Assembly (NCBI GenBank): GCA_051294905.1
Contig: CM119378.1
Span: 1,302,001-1,366,000 of the forward strand
Length of the DNA: 64,000 bases
Origin: Botryllus schlosseri
Lineage: Eukaryota
Reading direction: 5' to 3'
The position numbers and the translations under genes are program-made. The notes under the pieces are model-generated. The model saw only the letters and a list, made by a program, of their open reading frames with translations, made no database searches and was not told where the DNA came from. This document shows, in pieces, positions 51,201 through 64,000 of the stretch. Positions within the stretch are counted from its first letter, which is position 1. The number at the start of each line of letters is the position of its first letter.

Positions 51201-54200
51201 TCAATTTATTGCTACAATTTTCATCATTTCAATACACCACAAGACTGCGATATAATCAAAGATAGGAAGATGTCGAAACGAATTGGAGTAGTCTTCGAAG
51301 TCAGACACCCACCTGGCCTAGGTGATGTAAAAAAGGAGGCATACACACTGAATGAAAAGTAAAAGAAGATAATATAACAGGACAGGTGATAAAAAAAAGG
51401 TGGCATGTGTCGGAAGGCGAGATCGATATGTCAGGTCGTGGTCCGGTAAACTGGAGGATTAACTAGTAACAGCTTTGAGAGCTTCTAAACATCTTTTGAA
51501 TTCAAAGTATATCCCGGATAAGGTCCTGAGCCCATCAACGAAATTACAGTGAAAGGCATATATTCATTAACGCCATCGGACTCCGGCACAGGTCGACTGT
51601 ATTTACAGAGTCATTGCAACAGTACAAAACACAATGTCCCACAATGTCCATGATCCAATCACATATCCGATATAGAAACTATGTGTCAATTCTAGAGCTG
51701 GTCAAAGTAGTCAGCTTTGCCTCTCAAGTAGAAGTAAAAAATGAAAGATGTGACAAATACTCAACTGAGCAGTTTTAAAAAGTGGATTTGGTTGAGGCAT
51801 AACATACTTTTAGCAGCTAATCAGAGTATCTTCACGAATAATTACACTACAAATAGGTATAATCTTTGATGATATATTCAGTTACAAAGATACAGGGGCT
51901 ATTTCACAGGGATCTTTCATGACAATTTCACTCATTAAAGTGATTTAAACTCATTGCAAAACTACTTTCTACTTTAATAAATATAATATAATTCGAAATG
52001 CGAAATAAAGCCTTACACTAACTCTCTCCCTGACAGGATGTTGAGCTTACTTGAAACGTGATTGACATGTCTGGAGTCCATTGGAGATTGCCGATTTTCT
52101 CTTGGGCGTTTGGGGGCTTGAAAAATTCCCTCGTAGAGGCCGTGACGTTCTCGTGTTTACGATGGTAGGTCAGCTGGATTTTGTCTTCAGCTACGATGAA
52201 AGTTCGATCGGCTACGTCTGCGTTGGCGTCGATCGTTTCGTTGCGATGGAAGTGTTCGGATATTCTCTGCAATAGTAGACTTGCAGAGTTAGACAACCAG
52301 AAAATTTTCATCATTTCCAAATCAGAAACAGAATTAAAGTTAGAGGCTACATTGAAGTGTCCTAATTTGATTAGATTTAGAATTGAAATCCCCAAAAAAT
52401 TTGAAGATTGAATTAGACTCCGAATTAGAAATAAATACATTAAAATCAAGCTCAGTCCATATCAGATCAGAATTCACACTCATAAGCGCAACAATGGCAT
52501 ATGTTTGTACACCAAGCTTGGCTTGTTCCGCACTATACACTTCTCATGTAGCATTTGTAATGATATGAAAGATCTGAAAAGTACTCCAGTAAAAAAAGTA
52601 CATATGGTCAAGGGATTGCATAACTTGGATCTATTCCATTCGATTCTTAAGACAGTTTCACACACAAGAGTGATGCTAACTATACCCCAAACTGCTTTTC
52701 ACCTTTTAAATTACCAAGTCTAAAACGTAAGTAGCAGATTTGTCTAGAAAGCCTTCAAGCAGAAGTGGAAGTAGTCAACAACTATAGTCACTTGAGTAAG
52801 TAGTACAAGTTGGCAAAATTACTTGACTACAAGGAAAAAGATAATGAACACCTCTCCTTATCATGACGGGGAGGATAAGGAAGCAGCACTCACAAGGATG
52901 GGTCTCGGAGTTCCTTCCGCCTGAGCCGGGGCCAGTTTCTTGACTCGCTTTCCGAATATTACATGCCGGAAGTACAGGAAATCTTGTCTGTTTTCAAAAT
53001 ATTCCTTCATTTCTTTCGAAGTCTCTTCTCTCTTGTAAAGTCCGTCGACTCTGGAAGCGTTCGTCAATTACGTTTTAGAGAGAGAGTGAGAGGGAGATAA
53101 ATCATTTTTCATCTCATCAAAATACACGATAAACAAACAGCGGCAGTAATGATATAAATGCTTCTTGCCATTATTAGCTAATTTATCACCGAAAATTATA
53201 CTTTCGATCATATATTCTACTGTAGAAGCCTTTAATCGTAGATGGGTCTTGTCGCAGCATGCGGAACATAAAGTACAACGCTATATACAATGCCACATAC
53301 TCTTTAATATGATGTAGAACTGGCATTATATTCTTTGTATTTGCATTAAAGGTCCATATTGGAACTTTCCACATCAATGATACTGATGTGATGTCATAAT
53401 GACTGATATTCGAAGACTAGATTTTGTAGCGAATCAATCAGGTACACGATTTTGCCCAGACAGATCTCTTTGTTGGATTACTATTTTGTTTGGGGAAACA
53501 GTTATTTCCCTAAGACGATGATCTTGAAACAACAATGGGAGCCATTCAAACCTCGCCGTGTGGTAGAATATCATGGTTCTTTCGGATTCCGGATTCGGCG
53601 TTTTCGCGTGATAAGTGTGTTCGCACAGCGACCTCTGTCGACCTTCCGTAAAGTTCTCAGTAATGACTCCGCTTTCTTCTGTTCGTTTTTTAAGCTTGTC
53701 TTCTCTGTTCGAAAACGTCTCCATGACTCGCTTCAAATTGTTCACTAAAACAAAGTAGACATGTTTGTTGATACGACTTCTGATATACAAAGTTTTTTTT
53801 CTTTACTAGTTGCTGATGATTACCGAATATTTGGGTTTATTTCAATATGAATGCATTATTCAATTCAGTATGCCATTACTTGTACTTCTACATGAGTACC
53901 CACAATGTCTATTTTGGCCGCCACAGCAACGAACATACTCACTTTCATTGTCATTGTAGACAGACAATCTCAAAACAAGACCTTCCTTCAACAGATACGG
54001 CGCGTATTTTTCCAGTTTGGCTTTCTTGTACAGTATCGTCTTTTTTCCCAACGGACATCTGAACAAAATAAATGGGTATTGATTGAAAGAAAGTGAGTCT
54101 CATACAGACTAAGTACAAACTACCTACAAACTAAATACTATAATAAATAGTTCTAGTTGCGGATTTTGAAAAGTGAGTACTAGCTCTGGTTCTAGTTGTG

Positions 54201-57200
54201 TATTAAAAATAAATAGTTGCCAAACCACAAGAGCACGTATGTCGTTATTGCTCTGCAGCCATTGCTAGCTCAGAGTCATCATTACTAACAGTAACGTAGC
54301 CAGGGTGAGTTTCGGGGGTCCAAACCCCTCCCAGCATCCCATTTCAAGCTTGCACTAATGCTCATGTGGAAAACTGACATGATGGCATTAAAAAATAATG
54401 AGTTGATTCAGAATTGAGCCTAGTTTTAGTTGGTCAGTGGTGGATTTTAAAAGGTCGTTAGTTCTAATTCAAGTTTTAGGTGAGCCTTTTGAATAGTGAG
54501 TAGTTGTAGTTGTAGTTATAGTCGCGAATTCTGAAAATCCAGTAGTTTATACAAATCTGGTCTGATACCGCAAAAAATTACACCTTGAATCGTAATCCTT
54601 TTCCGAAATCTCGATGGATTTGACCCAGGACGCCGGCATGTCGAGATGTTTCTCCTCCTCTTTCTTCTCGTCATCCTCATCTTCAAAATCATCGATGTCG
54701 TCATCCAGGTCGGGAATCTGCAGACTCGGTTCTTTGCTGCCAATCAGCATCAGCTCCCACGACACCGTGTCCGACAAATTGAACGACAGGTCCTGCAAAA
54801 TATCAGAGCGTTGCCAAATATTTAATCGATAGTTTTATTTGAGGAGACTGTTGAAGGTACAGAACTTCAATATAAAATTTATTAATATATAGAAATTGAG
54901 ATAAACACAAATAATTTCAGTTGACACTCGTCAGGGGTAATCGTGGAAAGTGTCAGCTGAAAATGTTTGCGATTATTTCAATTTAAATATGTTATTCAAT
55001 TGTATACAGCAGGAAAAATTCCTGCCAGGGTTGTAATGACTCGAGTCATGACTCGACTCGAGTCCCACTCGAGTCACGATTTTCTGATGACTCGGCTTGA
55101 CTTGAGTCATTCACTCAAAATATGGAAATGACTTGACTCGACTCGAGTCAATCTGTGTATTGACTCGACTTGGACTCGAGTCATTACGCATGACTCGAAC
55201 CAAGTCATATGACTCGAGTCTCAGACGGCCAAGAACAACATTTCATTGTAATTTTGAAGAACAGTGAAGTAACCACCCTGTTGGGATTTCGTCTATTGGC
55301 ACTGGTACTTGAAAATGCGACCAGAAACTGATAAAACTGAGGAAAATGAGTATATTATAAATGCGAACCATTCGATATCACCAGACAAAGTTATAAAAAG
55401 TGGGTTCAACAAGACTTTAACTGAAAACTGAGCAGTGAACACAATGATTTGGACTCGGACTCGAGTCATATTGCCATGACTCGGGCTCGAACCTCTGCCA
55501 GATGACTTGGACTTGACTCGGTGGTGAATTGAAAATGACTCGACTTGACTCGAGTCAAAACTATAAAAATGAGATTGACTTGTGACGCGGAGCTTTGCGA
55601 CTTGGATACAACCCTGATTTCTGCATCATTGACAAACACTCACTCTGCAAGCATTCGCGCAGTCTTGCATATTCGCCCAGTAATTCCAGTTGTTCCAGAC
55701 GCATTCGATTCCCAGGAATTTGCCTGAAGTTTGAGGATAAGCCACGCCTGGATGGAATTAAAACAGAGGTTGTCAGTATCAAAGTACTACTACTTGTACT
55801 ACTTGTCATTGCGTATAAAGTTACTGGTTACTTTAATTTCTACTTGAGTAGCAACCCTGACTACGTTGACCAGCTCTAGAATTAGAATTGCACAGGTAGA
55901 AATGGAGGAGAGAGAAGGAGCTCACCTGTGAATGGCTCAATGAAGAAATCTTCTGGCACTTCCCTTTTGCCGGAACGAACCAAAACCCACGAGTGAATGC
56001 GAAGTCCGTATAGCGGGTCCGGAGGCGGTTTTTCGACTTCCTGGAATTATTTTTGTCATATTTGCATGAACCGTACAAACATTCCAGCTACTGAGTTGGG
56101 ATGGTTACCATGATTTGAGTATTCTAATATGAATCGAGTGATCCCAAGATTTTTTCGGGGACTGAAATCACCCTGTCCCTGCCACTAAGATAACTATACT
56201 TTTGATAGTGTTTGCCACAGCGTAAGTCTTGAAACGTCAATTGGTAGTATCACAGAATACGAAACATGCAGCTCAAAGCTAAGCACGTTACTGGAAACGA
56301 CATATCTGCGGAGTCTGATCAACACACAGCATTGTCACAAAGTGCAATGAAATAGGTATGGTCGATAAACACCAAATTATCTTCAATGCGATGTAGAACT
56401 GCCATTATTTTCATTGTGGTCTCATAAAAGCATGCCTACATATTTTACCTTTCCACAGCATTCATATTCATACAACGTTACTATGAAGCCGTACCAATTT
56501 ATAATTGTGAAATGTTTACACCAAATATGGTCTAACATGCAGGTTTTCAGTGCGTTTTCACAAATGCAATGTCTTACGAGTATTCTTTCCTCTTCCTCTT
56601 TTCTCAATTTCTCTCTCTCCTCCTTCTCTTCTTTCTTTCTACGTTCCTCCATCTTTATTAAAAATTTGCTGCGGAGATCGCGGGGCGGTCGTACGGCGTA
56701 TTTCTTTTGTTCTTTTTTAGGAGGATCGGGTTCGGGCTGCAAAATATTTACATCTCTACCCAACAACTCGGCAAATCAAATGTAACATTTGAAATCTTGA
56801 TAATAAACATATCATCTTCCAACCTCTTCCTTGGGTTTCAGAAGCGGGCATATTTCTCTTGATTCGTCATTCAGACAAACTTCCTTAATCGCGTAACCGC
56901 TGACAACGTAGGCATCGTAGCCTGCCCCCAAAAGAAAGGAGCACAGAAGATTGCTGAAGTCGAAACAGTTGCCTGGAAAATAAAATGTACATTTTGAATC
57001 ATAGTGAATTTTTATGGCAACTTAAATACATGTGTACTAACTTTTTGTCTTTCTGCAACATTCACTATCATTAATTTGTATCGAGTATTTATTATATCAC
57101 ATTGAATTGGTGCTCTTGAGGCTCAAAATGCATTATTCATTGAATAGATATTTTTTGTATCTATTCCGGCCGAAAATTATGTATCTATCCTGTAAATTTA

Positions 57201-59536
57201 CTAAAGTATTGTAGTTCTTACATTGCATAATGTACTGGGATCATCTTTCTTATTCTGTGACTTAATCTCTTTTTGCTTTTATCATCTTGATATTGTGATC
57301 CATATTAAAGACAAAATACAATCCGATTCTACTGAATGAATACTTTAGTCTGCATTGAGATTACCAGACCACAATATGACATATAATTTTGTTAACTAAA
57401 ACACGACACATTGTTTTCATTGCTTATCCAATTTATGTTATCATCTGTTACTTCATATTCATGGTCTATGCCTCTTATTCACATGTTCTAGGCCAAGGTG
57501 GGTGTTCGATTGAAAGAATATTCCAAGTCGTTTCGAGTATGCAGTGTTTTGAAATGGTGAAATAATTCATAAACTAAACTGAAATGATTAACTTATAACG
57601 TCAAGATCCCATCTACGTACCAAAAACTTCACGGCTACAGCTGACCCTTTGACCACAATGTGGTTGTATCGGTGTTCATGTTCCGTATTATATTATTTTG
57701 CACGACATTTTCGAAGTGAAAAAGTTTGTCTTGTCTGTCTAACAAATAGAAATTTCATCTTTCAAGATGAACTACGCGAATAATATTGCTATTGTGATTT
57801 GGTATGGTATGAAACTGAATGTATCATTACTATAATTAGCAACTAAAAGACAAGGAACTTCAAAAAATCGACATTACCTTTCTGCTGTTTCAAAATTGTG
57901 GTTGGCGAGAACAACACTTCTGGCAAATCTGTTGGTTTCTCGAGCGGCGTCATTGTGATGTAGTCTGAAACAAATTCCGCGCATCCTTGCCAATGATAAA
58001 GCTCTTTAAATTTGAGCAGCGTTGGGCGGATGGTGGTGCAGACAAATTTCTGGAAAGAACAAATTTATCCGATATATTTTTGAGTTGAATCTGGATGTAA
58101 ACAAAAAGTAATTAGAGTTGCCCTACCAAGGAAACATATTGCGGTGAAAGAGATTGCACTCGGCAACGATAAGCAGCAAGCCAATCAAGCCAATGAGAAG
58201 TCACCATCTAGAGTAGACATTTTGTGGGACTTTGTAGTAAGCTCTCATGCAAAAAGCCTGGAGTTAGATATTTTGCACTGCGGAATATATTGACACAGGC
58301 ATCGTAGTCTAAATTGCTGTTTGTAACGGAATGCAATCTCCTAAGGCCTGGTGATGGAAGCTTAACACCCGATATGTTTTAAATTTTCAATCCATTTGAG
58401 TGTTTGCAAAATGTTAGATATATAAAATCTGGTATTGTTCAAAGGAAAAACTTTACACTTGCTAAATGCTTGACATGAAAACAGATTTATTGCTATTTCA
58501 TATTTTAGCTGAGGTACATCACGATAGACAGATAACTTGAATGCAAAAAGTGAAGTTTATATCTTAGATTCTGATATACTACTCAGTGCTCAAAATGAAC
58601 TAAATTTTCACCTCGATCCCGCATTCATTGAGGGGATTCAAAAACAGTGGTTTCCGGTCTCTGAACAAATGGACATATTGGCGTCGATAGTTCTCTGCAT
58701 TTTCGAGCACAGATTTCTCCTTCTGGCTGTTCTCTTTGTACGAATCCGGAAACTCGGACATATCAAACTTTGTACCTTGGATTGCTGTGCTGTTATACAA
58801 AGTAACTGTGTAATCAAATAACAATATAAAAATGTGTACTTTGCACAGCAAGGTTAAAGATGTAGGTACATCATATCAGAACATGTGTTGTGAACTGAGC
58901 CATATGTAATATGTGCGCCTGTATGGTGCTCATGTCAAAACATTAATCATGATAAATTGAAGTAGTACCAATGCCATTTCAAAGATACTGATAGACATTT
59001 TTACAGAATTATTCATGTTGAAGTATGGTGAACTAATAAGTATTTTGAATAACCAGAAGAAGACTGATAAAGTATCACAAGGAAATTAGAATGTAGAAGT
59101 TACATAACAATATTTTGGGATGGGATTCAAAGTGAAAATTTCGAATACACTTTTTGAATAGGCTTTTGGAAGTACAGAAATTCAACATAGCAACAAATAT
59201 GCCAAATTTTTTCCACTCATTTCCACTTTGGACTCTCTTCAGAAGTGAATGTCAGAAAAGCTTTGAGTGGAAGTCATTTGGCAATATGAACGCGGTACAT
59301 TGTTTGTTGCAATACACTTTTTAAAAATACAGTCACCATCTATATCCCAAATTTATATCTGGAAATCTTGTGAATAAACCAACTCACTCATTCTGAGGTA
59401 CAATGATCTGAGTTTCTTCCAATTGTTTCTTCAAATCCCCAACATTCGCCTCGAGATCTTCAGGCTCTCCATCTTGATTTTCCTCCTCCTCGGCCTCTTC
59501 ATCCTCCCTAACTTCCTCTTCTTCAATTTTATCCAT
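48243..59536 (-). CDS. DRC7: Dynein regulatory complex subunit 7 (CCDC135 / lost boys ortholog)
   Basis: Seventeen phase-consistent exons: 59536-59388, 58789-58612, 58049-57878, 56972-56824, 56736-56578, 56040-55926, 55747-55644, 54792-54584, 54058-53943, 53744-53552, 53050-52894, 52266-52051, 51153-51067, 50248-50114, 49558-49364, 49170-49031 and 48327-48243. Hallmark motifs are KFVCTTIRPT, QKGNCFDFSNLLCSFLLGAGYDAYVVSGY, GLRIHSWVLV..GKREVPEDFFIEPFTG, FLGIECVWN..NYWANMQDC, DMPASWV, DYLAPFL, LIDKANLIQ and YMALEQKLRQDPRL. Confidence 0.95.
50307..50686. mobile_element. hAT MITE (tagggcaagtttttg family)
   Basis: TIRs are tagggcaggtttttg and caaaaacttgcccta, with TSD gtaatgat at 50299-50306 and 50687-50694 and aagttgca repeats. 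Confidence 0.88.
51195..51460 (-). mobile_element. 3' end of a LINE related to 60188-61102
   Basis: Reverse-complement similarity to 60835-61085. Further pieces lie at about 32420-32490, 47790-47900, 57465-57570 and 63620-63850. Confidence 0.75.
55026..55616. mobile_element. hAT MITE with gactcgagtc repeats
   Basis: TIRs are cagggttgta and tacaaccctg, with TSD attcctgc (55018-55025) and atttctgc (55617-55624). Fragments also lie at about 31220-31310, 41770-41850 and 61628-61790. Confidence 0.85.
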
Positions 59537-59997
59537 GTATTAAGGCCGGTTCATGCACGACCAGACTGTTTGGTAATTACTATACTTAGTTATAATGCAA
59601 TCATTGAAAATAAAAGATTTAAAAATTACTATTAAAACACTATACTTCAATCCGTTTCGAGAGCCCCCTATATTTTTATTATATCGCTATCTTGTGGTGC
59701 TGCGATCTGATCAAAATTTCAATAAAATGCCCGACTGGCTGACTAGCAATAGCCAATTGAATGTTATTATACTATCGCATGAAAGTTCTCTCTCGATTTC
59801 CTTTCCGGGATACGGCACTGTACTATCAGTAAGCAATAAAAGGGAATGACAATGCCGTACTTATAGTGCTCATGTTATTGTTAAGTACGAGATGTAACCG
59901 GGAATTATTCGTGGAGTTATTTAGAAACCATAATGGCATTTTCAGAGATCAAAAACATTACTGCTACGGTGAAGCTAAGCTGAGTACTCACGTTTGT

Positions 59998-60010
59998 GTT
60001 GCTAGGTAAC
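59998..60010. promoter_or_regulatory. RFX X-box upstream of DRC7
   Basis: GTTGCTAGGTAAC fits the RFX palindromic consensus and lies about 460 bp upstream of the ATG of a motile-cilia gene. A candidate 5'-UTR intron donor (gtgagt, minus strand, about 59991) and two minus-strand CCAAT motifs (about 60024, 60041) are adjacent. Confidence 0.7.
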
Positions 60011-60187
60011 AACGTCATGCATGATTGGGTGATACGGTATATTGGCTTTGTGATCTACAATGGAAAACTGTTTTCCATGGATCTACAATATAGTCCTCAA
60101 GTTCAAGTTTATTCATAAAATTTCATCATTTCAAAAATCACAGGACTGCGATACAATGAAAGATAGGAAGGTGCCGAAACGACTTGG

Positions 60188-61102
60188 TCAGCCCGTTTCC
60201 AACACAGATAATGCCAAATATCTCGGGGTTTTACTGGACTCGAACATGTCCTGGAAGAGTCATATTCAGTCCCTAGAAACTAAATTATCACCGAAGTAAG
60301 GCCTGTTCTACAGCCTTGGGCGCTTCATGCCAGCATGGGTTCTTCTGATACTCTTTAAATCCTTAATCCAATCGAAGTTACATTATGACATCCTCTGTTG
60401 GGGGGCTGCCAGTAAAACTGCACTCAAGCCACTGCAGAAACTACAGCATAAAGTACTCCGAATCATAGCTAGGGCCCCAAAGGGGCCTGGCTGCCCATCC
60501 AATAAGTCGCTGCTGAAGAGATTCGGCGTCCTAAACATAGAAGATATGCGAAAACTAGAAATCGCCAAGTTTATGTATCAGTTTCACTGCGGTCGTTGCC
60601 ACGAATACTTCAATGACTTCTTTACCTCTGAATCAAAAGCGCACAAGTACAACACACGCGCGTCCACGTCGTCCAAATATCATATGATCGACCGAAAAGA
60701 TCATCGCTCTATCAAATATGCCGGACCTGACGTGTGGAACAGTATCCCGCCGGCCATCAGGCAGTCGACGAGCATGTCCATGTCCACATTCAAGTCGAAA
60801 TACAAGCAATTACTACTAAATAAATACAGTCCATCCTCAAGATTACCGGACCACGACTGACCTATCGATCTCGCTTCCCATGATATGCCGTCCTATTTCT
60901 TGTCGCTTTCTTTTTCTATACTATCTTCTTTACTTTCATTCAGTGTGCATGCCTCCTCTTTACATCGCCTAGGCCAAGGTCGGTGTCCGATTCCATAGAC
61001 AACTCTTAGTCGCTTCGACATCTTCCTTTCTTTTCATTGTATCGCATTTTTGTGGTGTATTGAACTGATAAAATTGCTAATAAACCAATGATGATGATGA
61101 TG
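60188..61102 (+). mobile_element. 5'-truncated non-LTR retrotransposon (CR1/L2 group), ORF2 C-terminus and 3' UTR
   Basis: KYLGVLLDSNMSWKSHI..SKLHYDILCWG..LQKLQHKVLRII..YNTR..GPDVWNSIPPAIR..FKSKYK, with an in-frame stop at 60297-60299 and an aataaa plus (atg)n tail. Confidence 0.88.
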
Positions 61103-62205
61103 GGTAGTCTTTGAGATCAGACACCCACCTGGGTGTCCCAGTGCAATTATTTGTCGAATTTCGAGACATATACATGATTCGTTAGTTGGAATAGCCTTTT
61201 AATTACTTCGAAACACTACTAGATTTTTTGCTGACCAACTGAATTTATAACGATTTCTTTTCCCGTTATCATTCATGATTTCTTCGATTATTATTAGAGC
61301 AGCAGATCAGCTGTAGTAAAGCGCTAATCGAGACTCTACGTAGGTTAGTTATCTGTAATGAAATAGCATAGTGGTAGAAAATAAATTCATAAATTGAAAG
61401 TTTCTTAAATCAAGTTCAAAGTGAAAGTATGCTACTTGAGATTTTATTTATTATGAAAAGTGAGTATGGATTGCTATAATTCAACGCTGTATTTCCCAAT
61501 ACTGTTGCTAACAGGAAAAGCAATTGCATTTGACATATTTCTCGATATTTCCTAGGTCTGATTGATGGAATATTACTAAGCAACTTGAGGGATGACTAGG
61601 GGTGCTTATTATTTGTTTATGTATAGACAGGGGTATAACTAAGTCACAACGTCTCGAGTCACAAGTCAACTCTACTTTTATAGTTCTGACTCGATTCAAG
61701 TCGAGTCATTTTCAATTCATCACCGAGTCAAGTGTGAGTCACAGTGCCGTGACTCGAGTATACGGGTCCAAGTCATTGTGCTGACTGTTCACTCCGTTTG
61801 GTGATATCGAATGCCTAGAATTCAAAATGTACTAATTTCCCTAATTGTGCACAGTTTCTGGCTCTATTTTACAAGCACCAGTAGGCTACGCACCGATAGA
61901 CAAAATACCCATTATGTGGTAGCTTACTATTCTTCGAAGTTACAATGAAATGCCGTTCTATATAATATATAACTTTCGATTGTGAAAGGACATGGTGCAA
62001 AAAACCATCCGCAGTTATACGCACCATTTCCAATTATACATATACAATATACACATACATACAGCGTAGAAATTCTATCTATATAGTTCAAGTGTAAGTC
62101 GTTGCTTCAAGTCTTGTTCAGAACAAAGACCAGAACTTCCTTATGCGATCGGCCTAGTCGCATGGTGCGCATTTGCCGCAGTCTGATGATATGATTTTGT
62201 TTCAG

Positions 62206-63593
62206 GCATTTTCTTCGTCGTTTCTGGGCAATGCGAAGGATCCCCGCGCAATTTCAACCCGAGTGCTTCCAACTCGTCAACACCAGTGTTCAGCATCATA
62301 TCACCTCATTATCCAAACGAATACAACAAGACGTCGGACTGTGAATGGACTATAAGCGGAAATGGTTACAGTTACGAGATCTCTTTTGTTAAAAAAGACC
62401 TTCACTTTCAAGATCCGTATGGAAGGAATTATTGTTCCGGGTCATACGTCATCGCTTTTAACGGAGGTACGAACTACGAACTTGCTCGCATGTTAGTAGT
62501 TGCTTAGTATCCGGATATGTAGTTAATATGTACTGTCGTATACTGGCATAATAGAAAATGTTTGAATCATGAATGTGTGATATGGCATTTGGAAGCAACC
62601 TACTATGCTTGAGAGGCTATGAATATCTTGAATATGAAATGAATATGCATTCAACTTCGAATCTTCAATTGTAAGCGGAGTAATGATACTCTTTTAAACC
62701 AAACGGGATGAAAGATAATCGTCAATGCATTTCTAGTAAAGCTCAACATATGTTTTCGGCGTGTGAAATGCAGAGATGGTCAATTAGTCAACGTTCGTAC
62801 TCGAGAAGCAGTAAAAATAACAACGTAAATTTAGGCTCAAGTACGAGTATATGTAGCGATTTCCAAGACATGTCAAATCTATTTCAAATGGAAGTACAGC
62901 AAATGAAGGCAGCAGGAGAACAATTCAAGTCCCATCCTTTTAGCAGGTAAATCGCAAAATGCTCCTTAGCGACTATTGCGAAATGACAAATGACGCTGCA
63001 AATAGATGTAATTTCCTAATTTATAACCAGTCACGGATGGGCTAATAGTCTATTTATTGTGACAATTTTGCTGATAACCGTACCGCAAATTGAACAGAAA
63101 CTACTTTCTACTTCAGAAAACACATACTGTAAAAAGTAATTTAGTTTTGCCTAAAGAGACTGTTAACTAGAAGTGGAATTAGTATATGTACATAAAAAAT
63201 CGCGTCAATAGTAGTTTAATCCTACGTATGTACTCTGAAAAAATTGCAGTGCCGCGTTACTGACCGCCTCTGGTACAATGACATGAATTATTCCCATGGT
63301 GATTTCGAATATGCTACAATGAGGTTACCACATACATGGCTTACCATTCTTTATTGCAGAAGAAATCGACTGCTTGTGGCCAACAGATCCTCAAATGCAT
63401 TGTTTCGCTTTCCACCAGCCCTCATGCGGCGGACCTAAGATGAACCCTACATGCAAATCGAAAACGAATCACAACGGCACCCTTCGTATCACCTATATAT
63501 CTGATGGTAGAACGTTAGGCAAGCAGAATGTTACTGGGTTCGGCATGAAGATCAAGTTCACGAAATGCTGGAGCGAAGCGAACAGCACATCAG
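62206..63593 (+). CDS. CUB-domain extracellular protein, partial (two exons)
   Basis: Exons 62206-62466 and 63360-63593 (phase 1) give QCEG..IISPHYPNEYNKTSDCEWTIS..ISF..YCSGSYVIAFNG|EEIDC..LRITYISDG..TGFGMKIKF. The start and downstream exons were not identified. Confidence 0.78.
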
Positions 63594-64000
63594 GTGAGCG
63601 TATCAGCGCAGGGTTGAGTTGAGTCTATATCCTTCAAAAACACAACAAGATTGCGAAACGATTAAGATATACAAGGTGTCAAAACGACTCGGAGTAGTCC
63701 TTAAAATCAGACACCGATCCTGACCTGCATAGGTCAGGGTGAAGAAGAAACATGCACACGGGATGAAAAGGAAAGGTCGATAGCATAAAGGAGAAGCGAT
63801 AAAAATGAGCTGGCATGTGTCGAAAGGCGTGGTCAATGTCAGATCGTGATTCATGTATTTATTCATTCATTCATTTATTCATTTATTAATATTTTATCCC
63901 GTATTCTCTAACTCTGACTATAGTATATATTCAAATCCATCAGCTTACATCTTTACTTGAATGCGGACACACTCGATGACTGTACGATAATGCATGGTAA

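Overview
This is AT-rich, intron-containing animal genomic DNA. A marine invertebrate chordate such as an ascidian is plausible but not provable from the sequence. Spliced genes reconstructed by hand are: the six-bladed NHL C-terminus of a TRIM2/3/71-like gene (771-1801, +) with a broken paralog (3805-4294); a transmembrane Sema-PSI-Ig semaphorin (27986 to about 9863, -); NPC2 (46338-43704, -); DRC7/CCDC135 (59536-48243, -) with an RFX X-box upstream; and part of a CUB-domain gene (62206-63593, +). Most intronic and intergenic DNA is non-autonomous hAT-type MITEs (many with intact 8-bp TSDs, nested up to four deep), tRNA-derived SINEs and L2/CR1-type LINE 3' ends. No transposase gene, prokaryotic system or CRISPR array is present. 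The best candidates for undescribed biology are not recoverable from the ORF track: a three-exon gene for a 59-aa secreted 4-Cys peptide (34016-34716), a chain of phase-2 micro-exons between DRC7 and NPC2 (48067-47095), and a perfect 39-bp hairpin just upstream of the semaphorin start codon. All gene models are manual readings with no database search.
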